NCBI GenBank assembly: GCA_023379265.1
Contig: JAMCUI010000004.1
Coordinates: forward strand, 9,273 to 73,272
Reading direction: 5' to 3'
Origin: Patescibacteria group bacterium
GTDB taxonomy: Bacteria > Patescibacteriota > Microgenomatia > 2-02-FULL-39-11
DNA length: 64,000 nt
In this document: positions 62,903-64,000 of the stretch, in pieces
Layout of the letters: every line of letters begins with the position of its first letter
Numbering within the stretch: the stretch's first letter is position 1
Translations under genes and position numbers: made by a program
The notes under the pieces: model-generated
The model's input: only the letters and a program-made list of their open reading frames with translations
Told to the model about the DNA's origin: nothing
Database searches by the model: none

Positions 62903-63632
62903 TTAACACTATTATTTCCCTGCTTTCAGGTCTTAACCAGACATGTCGTGACGTATGGTGTAATAGTCTATTATATACTTCTTTTTCCACTTCTAGAAAT
63001 GGCAATTCCAACTCTTTGTCATCTGGAACATGTTGCGCGATTAACCCTACAGCTCCAATTGCCTCAAGTTTCGTGCTTGATTCGGGCAAAAGAGAAATAC
63101 ACATGACAATTTTGCCGTTTGAATCTGAGTCTATGCTTAGAATTCCGACATTTTCTCCTGAAATATGATGCAGTTTTGCCGTGACATCAGCCCCTTTCCC
63201 TCTTTTGGACTGAAACATCTCCCCATCCACTTCGATTTCTAAGCAAGTCTTTGTAATAGCTTTTACCTTTCCCGTTACTGGAAGGCAAACTTTCCCTCCA
63301 CCCGCAACTTTATTTCTTATCAATACAACATCACCTGTCTTCAAATCAATTTCCTTGAGCATTGCACCCCCCGGAGACTTGACTTGATACGAAGAGAATA
63401 GACCCTTTTTTTCGGCAATTATGTCTCCTTCGCTAAGTTTTTCTCCTATACCCTTTTTCAGAAATTTAGGCAAAAAAACAGGATTTATCTTAAAAATTTT
63501 GGCTACGGGTATGGACTGGAGGTTTTCTTCGTCTCTCTTTTCAAAAACAGGAATACTTGGGTCGATTCTGTCACCAGTGTCAACTAAAATTCGTGTCTTT
63601 TCATCGATGGGGAGTTGGACAGTTACTTTCAT
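62895..63632 (-). CDS. Hypothetical protein
   Basis: 245-aa ORF co-oriented between rpsR and ctpA; G.K...GDIIAEKKGLF hybrid-motif-like segment. Confidence 0.7.
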   Translation of the reverse strand: MKVTVQLPIDEKTRILVDTGDRIDPSIPVFEKRDEENLQSIPVAKIFKINPVFLPKFLKKGIGEKLSEGDIIAEKKGLFSSYQVKSPGGAMLKEIDLKTGDVVLIRNKVAGGGKVCLPVTGKVKAITKTCLEIEVDGEMFQSKRGKGADVTAKLHHISGENVGILSIDSDSNGKIVMCISLLPESSTKLEAIGAVGLIAQHVPDDKELELPFLEVEKEVYNRLLHHTSRHVWLRPESREIIVLNE

Positions 63633-63748
63633 TAAGCGCGAGTCTGGTACTTTTCTCTTCTAAATCCCAATCGTCTCTTAATCCGTACCAGGTATAAAAA
63701 TTTCTGGAATTAGGCACCAGGGCGTATTAAATTAATAATCGTCAAGGA

Positions 63749-63997
63749 TTATGATGGTCGGACGACATATGGCAAAATAGCTATATAGCGTGCCCTTTTT
63801 ATTGCGCTGGACAACGCTTTTTGATGTTTTTGACAAATACCGCTTAGCATTCTACCAATTATTTTGCCCCTGTCAGACACGCCGTGCTTTAGAGTCTCCA
63901 GATCTTTATAATCGGGTTCAATTTTCTGTTTACAGTAGAAACAGTTTTTCCTCTTTATTATCCGTCTTCGGGTTGTACGCCTGCGATCTTTTAACAT
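63749..63997 (-). CDS. rpsR: 30S ribosomal protein S18
   Basis: CFYC, DYKD, SDRGKI, ICQKHQ, AIKRAR..AILPY. Confidence 0.95.
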   Translation of the reverse strand: MLKDRRRTTRRRIIKRKNCFYCKQKIEPDYKDLETLKHGVSDRGKIIGRMLSGICQKHQKALSSAIKRARYIAILPYVVRPS

Positions 63998-64000
63998 AAT

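Overview
A 64-kb chromosomal segment of a reduced, AT-rich bacterium using genetic code 11. Gene style (N-terminally truncated RF1, many pilins, GT-C enzymes, apparently leaderless promoters) suggests Patescibacteria/CPR, Microgenomates-like; this is inference. It holds a surface-modification block (beta-helix protein, three alkaline-phosphatase-superfamily enzymes), a type IV pilus locus (pilB-pilT-pilC, 8 pilin-like genes, pilD, three GT-C membrane enzymes) and housekeeping genes (holB, gyrB, hppA, gyrA, folD, xer, yebC, lgt, pepA, tRNA-Leu, dnaB, hisS, rpmE, prfA, htrA, ctpA, rpsR). Two unexplained signals stand out. (1) Stacked copies of gene termini occur at about 10 loci, mostly 69-78 bp apart. 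Where copies differ from the live gene, the differences are mostly synonymous: the hppA copy has 17 of 23 codons recoded with no amino-acid change, and one tRNA-Leu sits inside the split remains of another. This looks like a fossil record of allele replacement. (2) A 1.6-kb non-coding region beside the Xer recombinase holds an 11-6-11 dif-like site, eight 20-bp palindromes (seven with GCTAA exactly 36 bp downstream of their start) and a DnaA-box cluster. All calls were made by eye with no database searches; read-level checks for assembly artefacts are needed.
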